NCBI GenBank assembly: GCA_965250225.1
Contig: CBDFNQ010000028.1
Location: forward strand, 12,438 to 76,437
Direction of reading: 5' to 3'
Length of the DNA stretch: 64,000 nt
Origin: Gammaproteobacteria bacterium
GTDB lineage: Bacteria > Pseudomonadota > Gammaproteobacteria > Eutrophobiales > Eutrophobiaceae
Under the pieces are notes generated by a model. The model did not search any database, was not told the origin of the DNA, and was given only the letters and a program-made list of their open reading frames with translations. Numbering within the stretch: position 1 is the stretch's first letter; the number at the start of each line of letters is the position of its first letter. A program made the position numbers and the translations under genes. Shown here in pieces: positions 28,679-38,970 of the stretch.

Positions 28679-29629
28679 ATGAGAACCTTGTATCCAGAGC
28701 TCGAACCTAATTTTCATTCGTTCTTAGAAACACAATCCAACGATAAAATCTATCTTGAAGAATGTGGTAACCCAGAAGGGATCCCCGTGATTTTTCTTCA
28801 TGGCGGCCCAGGTTCTGGTTGTAATGAAAATCATCGCCGTTATTTTAATCCTGAAAAATATAGAATCATTATCTTTGACCAAAGAGGGTGTAACCGTTCG
28901 ACTCCACAGGGTGGTATAAGGTTTAATACAACCCAGGATATTCTTTCCGATATGGAAGCCATCCGTAAACAATTAAAAATTATCAAATGGGTTGTTTTTG
29001 GCGGCTCGTGGGGTTCAACACTTGCTTTACTTTACGCAGAGCAATGTCCAAAAAATATTTCTGGTATTATTTTGCGCGGAAGTTTTTTGGCGCGGCAAAC
29101 GGATCTTGACTGGTTCTTAAGTAAAGGCGTTGGTAAAATCTTTCCTGATTACTGGAATGAATTTTCTCAATCATTTTCAGATTTTCAATTTGAAAATCCA
29201 ATCAAGACCATTTCAAATCTAATGTTTTCAGATGATCGTGAGCAACAACTCAAGGTTTCAATTGCCTGGGCAACGTGGGCAGGTCGTATAGTGACATCCA
29301 ACATTACTTCTCAATATAGACTGGAAGTTGATGATGAAGATAAATTAATCAATGAAACTCGAATTGAAATGCATTATGCATTGAATCGCTATTTTATTTC
29401 TAAAAATCAGATCCTCGAGAATATTGATAAAATCCCTGATGTACAGATTAGTATTATTCATGGCAGAAAAGATCTTACCTGCTTGCCAGAGTCTTCCTGG
29501 TTGTTACACAAGGAAATAGTAGGTTCGGATTTAACAATTGTTTCAGATGCCGGGCATTTGGCCAGTGAACCCGCTATGATTGATGCACTGATAGCAGCAA
29601 CGGATAAAATGGCTAAATTATTATCATGA
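28679..29629 (+). CDS. pip: Prolyl aminopeptidase (proline iminopeptidase)
   Basis: LYPELEP...FLHGGPGSG...GGSWGSTLAL (nucleophile elbow)...SDAGH. Alpha/beta hydrolase of the right length. Confidence 0.85.
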   Translation: MRTLYPELEPNFHSFLETQSNDKIYLEECGNPEGIPVIFLHGGPGSGCNENHRRYFNPEKYRIIIFDQRGCNRSTPQGGIRFNTTQDILSDMEAIRKQLKIIKWVVFGGSWGSTLALLYAEQCPKNISGIILRGSFLARQTDLDWFLSKGVGKIFPDYWNEFSQSFSDFQFENPIKTISNLMFSDDREQQLKVSIAWATWAGRIVTSNITSQYRLEVDDEDKLINETRIEMHYALNRYFISKNQILENIDKIPDVQISIIHGRKDLTCLPESSWLLHKEIVGSDLTIVSDAGHLASEPAMIDALIAATDKMAKLLS

Positions 29630-30444
29630 TAAATCATTATAAAAAACCATTGCTTATGGGAATTCTAAACGCAACCCCAGATAGTTTTTCTGATGGTGGC
29701 CTACATAATGAATTTGATTCGGCGATTTCACATGTTCGATCGATGATTGAACAAGGTGCAGATATGGTCGATGTCGGTGGTGAATCAACGCGGCCAGGTT
29801 CAGAAAGAGTTAGTGTTGAAGAACAGCTGGATAGAACGATTGATATTATCGCTGAGTGTCGTAAACAAGTTCCACAACAGATTGAAATCAGTATTGATAC
29901 AACGAGAGCACCCGTAGCTGAAAAAGCACTCAATGTTGGTGCTACAATTATCAATGATGTTTCTGCTGGTAGCGAAGACCCTGAAATATTTTCTCTGGCT
30001 GCGGAACGTAAAATACCGATTTGTCTCATGCATATGCAAGGCAGTCCTGGAAACATGCAGGATAATCCAACTTATGACGATGTTGTTGAAGATATAAAGC
30101 GGTACTTACTGGAAAGAGTTGAAATAGCCATCAAGGCCGGAGTTGAAAAAGAACGGGTCATTCTTGACCCGGGTATTGGCTTTGGAAAAACTCGCGATCA
30201 CAATCTCCAGCTTCTAAACAATCTGAATGTGTTTGTAGAGACTGGATTTAATATATTATTGGGTACGAGTCGCAAGCGTTTTATGGGGACTCTTTGTAAT
30301 GTTACTGAAGCTGATGAATTGGTATCAGCAACCTGTGCAACAACAGCTTTAGGTGTACAGGCAGGTGTCCGTATCTTTCGTGTACATGATGTTAAAGAAA
30401 ACCGCCAGGCAGCCGATGTTGCATATGCTATTTTAAATCAATGA
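29626..30444 (+). CDS. folP: Dihydropteroate synthase
   Basis: GILNATPDSFSDGG, DVGGESTRPG, INDVS, DPGIGFGKT, SRKRF. ATGA overlap with pip. Confidence 0.9.
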   Translation: MINHYKKPLLMGILNATPDSFSDGGLHNEFDSAISHVRSMIEQGADMVDVGGESTRPGSERVSVEEQLDRTIDIIAECRKQVPQQIEISIDTTRAPVAEKALNVGATIINDVSAGSEDPEIFSLAAERKIPICLMHMQGSPGNMQDNPTYDDVVEDIKRYLLERVEIAIKAGVEKERVILDPGIGFGKTRDHNLQLLNNLNVFVETGFNILLGTSRKRFMGTLCNVTEADELVSATCATTALGVQAGVRIFRVHDVKENRQAADVAYAILNQ

Positions 30445-30522
30445 GTTATAAATATTCTTGCCTATTTTATACAAATTGACTACAGTTAATGTCATCTTAT
30501 TACAATGTAATTCAATTTAATT

Positions 30523-30744
30523 ATGACACAAATTACTGCCAGGCTACCTGAAGAATTAATGCAATCACTTGATGCCGTAGTGCTCGCAAGTGGGCGTCCA
30601 CGATCTGAATTGATCCGTAAAGCGATCGAAGCTTACGTGGAAGATTACAAGGATCTGTCTTTGGCATTGGATCGACTCAGAGATCCATCTGATCCTGTTT
30701 TAGATTGGGAAGACGTAAAACGTGAATTACTTGCTGAAAATTAA
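30523..30744 (+). CDS. Ribbon-helix-helix (CopG/RelB-type) antitoxin
   Basis: ITARLPEELMQSLDAVV...RSELIRKAIEAYVED. Overlaps the toxin gene. Confidence 0.7.
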   Translation: MTQITARLPEELMQSLDAVVLASGRPRSELIRKAIEAYVEDYKDLSLALDRLRDPSDPVLDWEDVKRELLAEN

Positions 30745-30979
30745 AGCCAGTGCAAAGAAATCTCTTCAAAAAATAGATAAACAAGATCGTACTCGTTTGA
30801 TCAAGGCGATTGATGAACTTCTTGAACATCCGTATAAAGGTAGTCAGTTGAAAGGTGAACTGACTGGTCTAAGAAGAATTAGAGTCGGTCCATATCGAAT
30901 TATCTATGAAATACAAAAACACGAACTGATAATACTTGTCCTTAGAGTAGGGTATCGTAAAGAAATTTATCGATTTTAA
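30722..30979 (+). CDS. RelE/ParE-family toxin
   Basis: KASAKKSLQKIDKQDRTRLIKAIDEL...LRRIRVGPYRIIYEIQKHELIILVLRVGYRKEIY. Confidence 0.75.
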   Translation: MNYLLKIKASAKKSLQKIDKQDRTRLIKAIDELLEHPYKGSQLKGELTGLRRIRVGPYRIIYEIQKHELIILVLRVGYRKEIYRF

Positions 30980-30989
30980 ATTAAAAGTT

Positions 30990-32150
30990 TTAAATTATTT
31001 CTTCTGAAGCTATTTTTTTCGAGTTCTTCATGTTCCTGAATAGGACCGGTTTCTCCTCAAGTTCAGGTGTGCCGGCAATTCTGCCAATACCATCTACGGT
31101 ATCAACCAATTCCTGATGGTGAGGTGATTTACTACAGACTGGGTCGGCATTGGTTGCATCACCTGTGAGCATAAAAGCCTGACATCGACAGCCACCTAAA
31201 TCCTTTTCTTTTTCGGGGCAAGTCCTGCAAGGTTCTTTCATCCATTTCAGACCACGAAATTTATTGAAGTCAGGTGATTCATTCCATATCCAGTCAATAC
31301 TATGATCCTGTACGCTGGGCAATTCCAGTCCGGGTAATTGACGGGCAGCATGACAAGGCAGGGCGAGACCATCAGGCGTGATAGTAAGAAAAATAGCTCC
31401 CCATCCATCCATACATTTTTTCGGTCTGTCTTCAAAGTAGTCAGGAATGACATAATAAATCTTCATTTTGCCCTTTAGTTTTTCCTGATATTCTTTTGCC
31501 ACCGTTTCGGCATTTGCTAACTGTTCTCGAGTAGGGATGAGATAGTTTTTGTTATGAAAGGCCCAACCATAATACTGTGTCGTTGCTAACTCAACGTAGT
31601 CCGCATCAAGTGATACGGCAAGATCCAGAATTTCTTTCACATAAGGTTCATTCTGACGATGTAAAACAAAACAGAGTACCATGGGGTAACCATGTTTTTT
31701 GACGGCTCGGGCCATTTCCAGTTTGTGTTCGAAGGCATCCGTTCCCGCAATAAAATTATTCAGATCGGCACTACTGGCCTGGAAACTAACCTGTATATGA
31801 TCAAGTCCTGCTTCTTTGAATGCCTTGACTCTTTTTTCGTCCATGCCAATACCTGAGGTAATCAGGTTTGTGTAGAAGCCCAGTTGTCTCGCTTCAGCGA
31901 TTAACTCTTCCAGGTCGGGACGTGTTAGAGGCTCACCACCGGAAAATCCCAACTGCGTTGAGCCCATCTTGCGGGCTTCACGCATAACCCGTATCCAGTC
32001 TTCGGTGCTGAGCTCATTTTTATATTTTGCCATGTCCACAGGGTTAGAGCAGTAAGGGCACTGCAGTGGACAAGCATAAGTGAGTTCTGCCAGTAGCCAG
32101 AGTGGAGGATTTATTTTATTTGTATTGGACCCAGCCGTTTTCATGGGCAA
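30990..32150 (-). CDS. pqqE: PQQ biosynthesis radical SAM protein PqqE
   Basis: [19 protein letters not shown] (CxxxCxxC), SPASM-like C-terminal cysteines. Gene order pqqBCDE. Confidence 0.9.
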   Translation of the reverse strand: MPMKTAGSNTNKINPPLWLLAELTYACPLQCPYCSNPVDMAKYKNELSTEDWIRVMREARKMGSTQLGFSGGEPLTRPDLEELIAEARQLGFYTNLITSGIGMDEKRVKAFKEAGLDHIQVSFQASSADLNNFIAGTDAFEHKLEMARAVKKHGYPMVLCFVLHRQNEPYVKEILDLAVSLDADYVELATTQYYGWAFHNKNYLIPTREQLANAETVAKEYQEKLKGKMKIYYVIPDYFEDRPKKCMDGWGAIFLTITPDGLALPCHAARQLPGLELPSVQDHSIDWIWNESPDFNKFRGLKWMKEPCRTCPEKEKDLGGCRCQAFMLTGDATNADPVCSKSPHHQELVDTVDGIGRIAGTPELEEKPVLFRNMKNSKKIASEEII

Positions 32151-32409
32151 CCTCCAGGAATTTTTTTACATCATTATCAAGTTCAGTATCAGGATATTGT
32201 TTCTGCAATTGTCTGATAATTGCAGTGACATTATTTTTTCCATCGCATAATTTTAAAATTTCTGCTGAGCTTTGTCCCAGCTTCACCATGCCTTCCGGAT
32301 ACAATACGACGTGGCAATCCTGTACTTCTTCCCATTGGAGTCGATGTGTTGAAGCTATTTCCGGAACGACATCTAGTGTCAATTTTTCATTTACATCATC
32401 ATTCAGCAT
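32116..32409 (-). CDS. pqqD: PQQ biosynthesis peptide chaperone PqqD
   Basis: [36 protein letters not shown]. Overlaps pqqE. Confidence 0.85.
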   Translation of the reverse strand: MLNDDVNEKLTLDVVPEIASTHRLQWEEVQDCHVVLYPEGMVKLGQSSAEILKLCDGKNNVTAIIRQLQKQYPDTELDNDVKKFLEVAHENGWVQYK

Positions 32410-32422
32410 CTTATTTTCTTAC

Positions 32423-33154
32423 TCAGTCAACATTATGATAAGGCGGTTTATTCTCAATATACGCCATCCACATACAATCACACATGGTCCAAAGGACATT
32501 CAGCTTAAATTGTAGAACATCTAGCATCATTTCCTGTTGCTCACGTGTTTTATAATAATCCAGAGTTATTTCAAGACCTCGTTCTACATCACGGCGCGCT
32601 TCTGTAAGACGTTTACTGAAGTAACGGAAACCTTTTTCCTGGTCTATCCAGGGGTATTTATCCGGCCAGTTATCGATTCGATCCTGATGGATCGTCGGTG
32701 CAAATAATTCAGTTAAAGAGGAACTGGCTGAAACCTGCCAGGGTTGTTGTTTGGCAAAATTGATGTAGGCATCAATGGCAAACTTAACACCTGGTAAAAG
32801 ATGTTTATGTGACAAGAGTTCATCTCGAGGCAAGCCGACAGCATCTCCAAGTTCCAACCAGGCTTCGATACCTCCAGTATCTTCTTCGTTGCCATCGTGA
32901 TCGATTATACGTTGTATCCAGTGACGACGAACTTCACGATCCCAGCAGTTGGACATGACCGCAGCATCTTTTACCGGGATGGCAACCTGATAATAAAAAC
33001 GATTGGCAACCCAGCCTTGTACAGCTTCTTTATCAAGTTCGCCATTATTCATCATGATGTGGAACTCATGATTTCTATGATAGTACTTACCCTTGTCACG
33101 TAGTTTTTGTTCGAATTCTTCTTTTGACCAGGGTGTATCTACTTCAGTACTCAT
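32423..33154 (-). CDS. pqqC: Pyrroloquinoline-quinone synthase PqqC
   Basis: [33 protein letters not shown]...[13 protein letters not shown]. Confidence 0.9.
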   Translation of the reverse strand: MSTEVDTPWSKEEFEQKLRDKGKYYHRNHEFHIMMNNGELDKEAVQGWVANRFYYQVAIPVKDAAVMSNCWDREVRRHWIQRIIDHDGNEEDTGGIEAWLELGDAVGLPRDELLSHKHLLPGVKFAIDAYINFAKQQPWQVSASSSLTELFAPTIHQDRIDNWPDKYPWIDQEKGFRYFSKRLTEARRDVERGLEITLDYYKTREQQEMMLDVLQFKLNVLWTMCDCMWMAYIENKPPYHNVD

Positions 33155-33174
33155 ATTTCTATTTCTCCGACTAA

Positions 33175-34089
33175 TTAAATGATTATGTCCATGCCATCGT
33201 AGGACACTTCAATTCCTGCCTCTTTCAGTTTCGCATGTTCATTTGATTCTTCATCAAGGATGGGATTGGTATTGTTGATGTGGATTAAAATTTTACGTGG
33301 TTTATTAATACTGCTAAGTATTTCCATAATCCCACCTTTTCCGGATTGATCCAGATGCCCCATTTCTTTGGCCCGTTTGTCACTGATTCCTTCATTAGAC
33401 ATTTCATCATCTGTCCATACAGTGCCGTCAATCAGTACACAATCAGCATTTTCCATATATTTCACGACATGATCTTCAATTTCCCCCAGACCTGGGGCAT
33501 AAAATAAATTTTTACCTGTAGATGTATCTTCTACACGGTAACCAACATTGTCTCCGGCTACGGTATTATGTCTATGTGGTGAAAAGGGGGGCGCTTCACT
33601 TTTTAAAGGAACAGCTGTAAATATAAGGTTGTCCGCTTTAGGGATTGTAAAAGGTGTTTGATCTGTATCGACTTCGTGCCAGTTTACTCCTCGAAAGTGA
33701 CTTAAAATATTAAAAATTGGGTATCCAGTTGTCATATCTTCGTGAACTGCTGCCGTACAGTATATGTCCCAGGGTTCGATATGTTCTCGCATAATAATCA
33801 AACCGGTGGTGTGATCAATCTGGGCATCACAAAGAATAATACTACAGATCCCGGTATCTCGGACTTGTCGTGCAGGTTGCAGCGGTGGGAAAGATTCAAT
33901 TTGTGCACGGATATCCGGTGAGGCATTAAATAATACCCAGTCCTCACCGTTGCCGCTGATAGTGATGGAAGATTGAGTTCGTGCTGAGCTTTTGATTTCC
34001 CCTGAGCGCAGACGTTTACAGTTATTGCAGTTGCAATTCCACTGGGGAAAACCACCTCCTGCGCCTGTACCTAATAGTCGTATGTGCAT
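33175..34089 (-). CDS. pqqB: PQQ biosynthesis protein PqqB (metallo-beta-lactamase fold)
   Basis: [24 protein letters not shown]...[11 protein letters not shown]. Confidence 0.9.
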   Translation of the reverse strand: MHIRLLGTGAGGGFPQWNCNCNNCKRLRSGEIKSSARTQSSITISGNGEDWVLFNASPDIRAQIESFPPLQPARQVRDTGICSIILCDAQIDHTTGLIIMREHIEPWDIYCTAAVHEDMTTGYPIFNILSHFRGVNWHEVDTDQTPFTIPKADNLIFTAVPLKSEAPPFSPHRHNTVAGDNVGYRVEDTSTGKNLFYAPGLGEIEDHVVKYMENADCVLIDGTVWTDDEMSNEGISDKRAKEMGHLDQSGKGGIMEILSSINKPRKILIHINNTNPILDEESNEHAKLKEAGIEVSYDGMDIII

Positions 34090-34363
34090 TAAATTGTTCG
34101 TACTCGTTATTGATATTGTTGAAAATCAGGGCAAAATGCACCGAAAATAATGGATGACAGAGCCAGAACCATGCCAGCGGAATTTCGACATCGAAATCTT
34201 AAGCTGGTAAAATTAAAAAGTATATTATAATTAGTAAGTTATGAAATATACCCCTTGCCTCAATAGACATTGTAACGTACTTTGTCCTTCCGTTATGAAC
34301 GTTTTCCTGTGTGTCTTGAACCACTAAATTGGTTGAAATAAACCAATATGACGAAATTTTCAA

Positions 34364-35863
34364 ATGTCTGATCACATACTATTTTTAACTGGCAAGCTTG
34401 CTGAAAAGCGACTTAACCGGGTTCTTGAATCCATGGAAACGTCTGATTTTAGCTATGAAGTCAGAAACATCGGTGTCAGTGTCGCTGCGTTAATGACAAC
34501 TGATATGATCAAACGCCGTTTAAAAGAGATGAATGATGTGGATCGGATCATTGTTCCCGGTTTATGTCGAGGTGATCTGGAATTGCTCTCAAGCGATATC
34601 GGAATTCCGGTTTTACGTGGTACGGTTGATCTGAAAGACTTACCAACGTTTTTTGGACAGGATTGTAAACCGATCGATTTGAGTCGATATGATACTAAGA
34701 TATTCGCCGAGATCGTCGATGCGCCAATGCAGGATATTGAATTCATTTTACAGCGCGCAGAAAAATACAGACGGGATGGTGCTGATGTTATTGATGTTGG
34801 TTGTCTTCCGGACACACCCTTTCCACATTTAGAAGAGTCGATCCAGGCTCTAAAACACGCTGGTTTTACAGTCAGTGTTGATTCACTCGAAGAAGATGAT
34901 TTACTTCGCGGCGGTAAAGCCGGGGCTGATTATTTATTGAGTTTAAAAGAAAGCACGGCCTGGATAGCAGATAAGGTTGATTCCATACCGATCCTGATCC
35001 CGAACAAACACGAAGACATGGATTCGCTGTATCGTGTCATTGAACAGTTTGCTAAAGATGATCGTCCTTTTCTGGCAGATCCTATCCTTGATCCTATCCA
35101 TTTTGGTTTCACAAAATCAATCGTCCGTTATCATGAACTACGACAACAATGTCCTGATATTGAAATCATGATGGGGATTGGTAATTTAACCGAGTTGACC
35201 GAGGCAGATACGAGCGGTATTAATGCCATGCTATTCGGATTAATATCCGAGATGCACGTGACTGCAGTATTGGCAACAGAAGTCAGTCCACATGCACGGT
35301 CTGCAATCCGTGAGGCAGATAAAGCCAGGCGCATGATGTTCGCTGCAAGAGAAGAAGAGAGTTTGCCAAAAGGTCTGGATAATTCTTTGTTGACCACACA
35401 CGCACGCAAACCTTTCCCCTACAGTGCAGATGAAATTAGGGAACTGTCAACAGAGGTGAAGGATCCGAATTTTCGTGTACAGATATCGGAAGAAGGTATC
35501 CATGTTTATAATCGTGATGGACTAGTTTCGGAGGTTGACCCTTTTACCTTATTTCCTCAGCTGGATATCTTGCATGACGATGCGCCGCATGCATTTTATA
35601 TGGGGGTTGAGCTGGCCAAGGCACAAATTGCCTGGCAACTCGGCAAGCGTTATAACCAGGATGAAGAGCTGGAATGGGGCGCTGCCTTACCAGAAAAAAC
35701 CGATTCTGAACAAGATGCTTTATCAAAGGCTGCACATAATATTAAACAACGTAAGAAAGGATTATTCAAAGAAGAGGGTTCTACTGTCAAAATGAGTAAA
35801 GAACAACGCAAGAAGAAAACCAAGGCAAAGAAAACCAAATCAATGAAGAAACCAAAAACATGA
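34364..35863 (+). CDS. Dihydropteroate-synthase-like protein of the tetrahydromethanopterin pathway type, with a Lys-rich C-terminal tail
   Basis: Pterin-binding-like core (DVIDVGC, IMMGIGNLTELTEADTSG) with an N-terminal extra domain. Clustered with DUF447 and mfnB genes as in methylotrophs. Tail KEQRKKKTKAKKTKSMKKPKT. Confidence 0.65.
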   Translation: MSDHILFLTGKLAEKRLNRVLESMETSDFSYEVRNIGVSVAALMTTDMIKRRLKEMNDVDRIIVPGLCRGDLELLSSDIGIPVLRGTVDLKDLPTFFGQDCKPIDLSRYDTKIFAEIVDAPMQDIEFILQRAEKYRRDGADVIDVGCLPDTPFPHLEESIQALKHAGFTVSVDSLEEDDLLRGGKAGADYLLSLKESTAWIADKVDSIPILIPNKHEDMDSLYRVIEQFAKDDRPFLADPILDPIHFGFTKSIVRYHELRQQCPDIEIMMGIGNLTELTEADTSGINAMLFGLISEMHVTAVLATEVSPHARSAIREADKARRMMFAAREEESLPKGLDNSLLTTHARKPFPYSADEIRELSTEVKDPNFRVQISEEGIHVYNRDGLVSEVDPFTLFPQLDILHDDAPHAFYMGVELAKAQIAWQLGKRYNQDEELEWGAALPEKTDSEQDALSKAAHNIKQRKKGLFKEEGSTVKMSKEQRKKKTKAKKTKSMKKPKT

Positions 35864-36435
35864 TCCATGAATTAATTGTCACCAGTTTGAATGAAGATGG
35901 TAGTGTACACATCGCTCCCATGGGCATACGCGAAGAGGATGGGTTAATTGTTATAGCACCGTTTAAACCATCAACATCATTGGAAAATATTAAACGCGAA
36001 CAATCTGTTGTCATTAACATGACAGATAATGTAAAAATCTTTGCCGGTTGTTTAACCGGGCGAAAAGATTGGGAAACAGTTCCGGCAGTAAAGATTAAAG
36101 GTCAATATTTAAAAGAGACATTGACCCATAGGGAACTTGAGGTTGTGCGTTTTGAAGAAAATGAAGTAAGGCCACAATTTTTCTGTAAAGTTATTCATGA
36201 AAAAACTCACAAACCGTTTTCTGGTTTTAATCGTGCACAGTCTGCTGTGTTGGAAACAGCTATTCTTGCGAGTAGATTACATATGCTCCCTGTAGAAAAA
36301 ATTAATACGGAAATTGAATATCATAAAATTGCCATTGAAAAAACAGCTGGTGAAAACGAGCTCGAAGCATGGGGTTGGCTAATGGATAAGATTGAACAGT
36401 TTAAAAAAAATAATCAGGAAAAAGATTTCGCATGA
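35860..36435 (+). CDS. DUF447-family (FMN-binding split-barrel-like) protein, H4MPT-linked C1 pathway associated
   Basis: IHELIVTSLNEDGSVHIAPMGI. ATGA overlaps on both sides. Cluster context. Confidence 0.55.
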   Translation: MIHELIVTSLNEDGSVHIAPMGIREEDGLIVIAPFKPSTSLENIKREQSVVINMTDNVKIFAGCLTGRKDWETVPAVKIKGQYLKETLTHRELEVVRFEENEVRPQFFCKVIHEKTHKPFSGFNRAQSAVLETAILASRLHMLPVEKINTEIEYHKIAIEKTAGENELEAWGWLMDKIEQFKKNNQEKDFA

Positions 36436-37151
36436 GTGGGATGTTAGCCAGTGTTCGTTCCCTTGAAGAGGCACATATTGTTTTTAATGCCGGTGCAGAT
36501 ATTATTGATCTTAAAGAACCTGAGTCTGGTGCACTGGGTGCGGTTAGTTATGATGTTGCTAAAACAGTCGTCAAGGACTTTAAAAATAAAATTCTGATCA
36601 GCGCTACTATAGGTGATTTGCCTATCGATGCAGATATCATTGATAAAGCTATCAGAAAAATGGCCGTAACGAATGTGGATATTATTAAAGTGGGCATCTT
36701 TAGCAATTCCTTAACAACAGAATTTTTAAATTGTTTTCAGAAACACACAAAAAAAGGTGTGAAAATCGTCCTGGTATTTTTTGCTGATCAAGCTATAGAC
36801 ATTGGACCTGTTTTTAAATCCATAGATTCTAATATCATTTACGGTGTCATGCTGGATACTGCAGATAAACATTCTGGCCCGCTTTTAAAACACAGAACAT
36901 TAAAGCAACTTAGTTCCTTCATTAATTTAGCCAAGGGTAAAAATTTAATCTCTGGACTAGCAGGTTCATTACGATCACAAGATATATCAATCATTTTGCC
37001 ATTACAGGCAGATTATTTGGGTTTTCGAGGAGCCCTTTGTGATCAATCACAACGCACCTCTTTTTTGGATGAATTATCAGTCTACAGGATTCGTTCAAAA
37101 ATACCGGATAGCAGTCTAAACTTAGTAGAGAGCAATATTGAACTTACATAA
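36432..37151 (+). CDS. mfnB: (5-formylfuran-3-yl)methyl phosphate synthase-like (MfnB / former DUF556)
   Basis: MLASVRSLEEAHIVFNAGADIIDLKEPESGALGAV...IIKVG...GLAGSL. Confidence 0.65.
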   Translation: MSGMLASVRSLEEAHIVFNAGADIIDLKEPESGALGAVSYDVAKTVVKDFKNKILISATIGDLPIDADIIDKAIRKMAVTNVDIIKVGIFSNSLTTEFLNCFQKHTKKGVKIVLVFFADQAIDIGPVFKSIDSNIIYGVMLDTADKHSGPLLKHRTLKQLSSFINLAKGKNLISGLAGSLRSQDISIILPLQADYLGFRGALCDQSQRTSFLDELSVYRIRSKIPDSSLNLVESNIELT

Positions 37152-37169
37152 GTTCGGGAGAGGAAAACA

Positions 37170-37559
37170 ATGGCACAATGGCGAAAGAAAGAAAAAGACG
37201 CAACCTATAGTGAGGAAGAAATAGAGGCCCGTTTAAAAGATGAATTGCCAAACTGGTATTACGAGGGCAGTTGGATCCGTCGAAAATACAAAACCAGTGG
37301 ATGGAAAGGAACGTTAATGGTTGTGAATACAGTAGGGCATCTGGCAGAAGCCGCCTGGCATCACCCTGACCTAACGGTTTCCTATGCCTTCGTTATTGTG
37401 AAATTAATGAATCATGCAGCGAAAGGTATTACAGATAAAGATTTTGAACTCGCTAAAAAAATTGAAGATGTTGTTCAATGGCGACCGGGGACAGAAGAGG
37501 GCAGTGCTCTGGATGGCACGCCGGATGATCCAAGATTTAAATATATTAAGTACGATTGA
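37170..37559 (+). CDS. Pterin-4-alpha-carbinolamine dehydratase family protein
   Basis: LPNWYYEGSWIRRKYKTSGW...VGHLAEAAWHHPDLTVSYAFVIVKLMNHAAKGITDKD. Confidence 0.75.
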   Translation: MAQWRKKEKDATYSEEEIEARLKDELPNWYYEGSWIRRKYKTSGWKGTLMVVNTVGHLAEAAWHHPDLTVSYAFVIVKLMNHAAKGITDKDFELAKKIEDVVQWRPGTEEGSALDGTPDDPRFKYIKYD

Positions 37560-37593
37560 TTAAATTATTCCTGCTGAGACAATTCAAATACGT

Positions 37594-37622
37594 CGTCATT
37601 CCCGCGTAGGCGGGAATCCAGT
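37594..37622. repeat. Palindromic 29-nt unit, left bracket of the GIY-YIG gene
   Basis: cgtcattcccgcgtaggcgggaatccagt. Confidence 0.8.
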
Positions 37623-37660
37623 GCGCGGCTAAGAATAGGTACATTTATTGGAGACCAGGG

Positions 37661-37954
37661 ATGGCTAAACAAAATGCTGTGTATATCCTTACCAGTAAAC
37701 GAAATAGTACTTTGTATATCGGTGTCACCAGCAATCTTGTTCAGCGTATCTGGCAACATCGGAATAAGCAGACTGATGGTTTTAGTCAGAAGCATAACGT
37801 GAAGCAACTGGTTTACTTCGAGCTACACCAGAAAATAGAGTATGCTATCCTTCGGGAAAAACAGCTGAAGAAGTGGAATCGAAAATGGAAATTACGCTTG
37901 ATTGAGAAACATAATCCTCAATGGATAGATCTATGGGAGCAGATCATTCAGTAG
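37661..37954 (+). CDS. Small GIY-YIG nuclease family protein (COG2827 type)
   Basis: VYILTSKRNSTLYIGVTSNLVQRIWQHRN...REKQLKKWNRKWK. Confidence 0.8.
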   Translation: MAKQNAVYILTSKRNSTLYIGVTSNLVQRIWQHRNKQTDGFSQKHNVKQLVYFELHQKIEYAILREKQLKKWNRKWKLRLIEKHNPQWIDLWEQIIQ

Positions 37955-37971
37955 ATACTAGCACTATCGCA

Positions 37972-38000
37972 ACTGGATTCCCGCCTACACGGGAATGACG
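37972..38000. repeat. Inverted copy of the 29-nt unit, right bracket of the GIY-YIG gene
   Basis: actggattcccgcctacacgggaatgacg, the reverse complement of the 37594 unit with one mismatch. Confidence 0.8.
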
Positions 38001-38228
38001 AAGGAGAATTTGTGGATGTCTGCCATTGTCATCTTTCAGACTGTAAGATCAGGTTAAATTCTGTTTTGAGAAATTACTAGATCAGGCCTGAGCTATTACA
38101 TCTGGTTTTTCTGCATTAGTTCCTATTTACTTTTCCCTTCTGGTGTTGGTTAGAATCGGTAATTGAGATCGAATCTTTCGGTCATTCTGGATCGGCTGAG
38201 TCATTTCTGCCATAAGTCTATTATTATC

Positions 38229-38741
38229 TTATTGCTTGAGTTTCTTCTCTTGCCGGGTTTTATAATCCTGTAGATGCCAACGTACAAAATCGTGTCTCAT
38301 TGCATCTCGAATGAAGGCGGCGGCATTGGAAACATCAAATTCCTCTAGTCTGCTGAGGGCGTCACCATCCAGCACGGCTAATAAGGCACACATATCCTGG
38401 GCGGGTTCTTCATCAGCGAGGAAGATGAGTTCGATTAATAATTCGAAGAGGTCGATTGTTTTGTGTTGTTCCAGTAGTGGAGTGAGTTCGTCAAGTAGCT
38501 GGTGGCTCCGCATTGGCAGGCTGTGTTTGTGTGTTTCTAATTGTTGCCGGAGATAGGTTTGTAAGGTTTCGCAGTGGATGTGCATGGAGGGTAGTGCATC
38601 ATCGGTCGACGGATTGACCTCGTATTCATCGGTATCTTCAGCTATGTCAAGTGCCGAAGAACGGGAATCAAGGGGGAAAAGATAAGAGATATTTTTAAAG
38701 TCGACAGTGTTTGCCGTACAATCGTGTGTAGTCATGATCAA
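38229..38741 (-). CDS. Hypothetical acidic protein (170 aa)
   Basis: ORF only. No motif recognised. Visibly more GC-rich than its flanks. Confidence 0.35.
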   Translation of the reverse strand: MIMTTHDCTANTVDFKNISYLFPLDSRSSALDIAEDTDEYEVNPSTDDALPSMHIHCETLQTYLRQQLETHKHSLPMRSHQLLDELTPLLEQHKTIDLFELLIELIFLADEEPAQDMCALLAVLDGDALSRLEEFDVSNAAAFIRDAMRHDFVRWHLQDYKTRQEKKLKQ

Positions 38742-38970
38742 CTCCTGATGATAAGTTGGTTATGATTAGCTCGTCCTTGGTGTTACATGCACCTTGGATG
38801 GGCGTCTAATTTTAAAGAGCGCTTCTTAAATTATTTCCAGGATTTGTTTAAGAAAAGTGCCTTTAAATATAATGGATACAACGGATGTTATTATATAACG
38901 TTGGAGATCTGCATACAATAAATTTTGTCTATTATCTAAGCCACAGATTAAGAAAATATAGACGGTTGCA

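Noticed and set aside
29637-30056. 139-aa ORF antisense to folP.
   Set aside because: It is a shadow ORF within a confidently identified dihydropteroate synthase gene. It has no RBS and no motif.
34199-34270. 23-codon minus-strand ORF considered as pqqA.
   Set aside because: MSIEARGIFHNLLIIIYFLILPA lacks the conserved Glu-x3-Tyr and the N-terminal Trp of PqqA peptides.
37565-37807. 80-aa minus-strand ORF overlapping the GIY-YIG start.
   Set aside because: Its C-terminus (SRLRGNDDV) is the translated palindromic repeat, and it conflicts with the well-supported GIY-YIG CDS.
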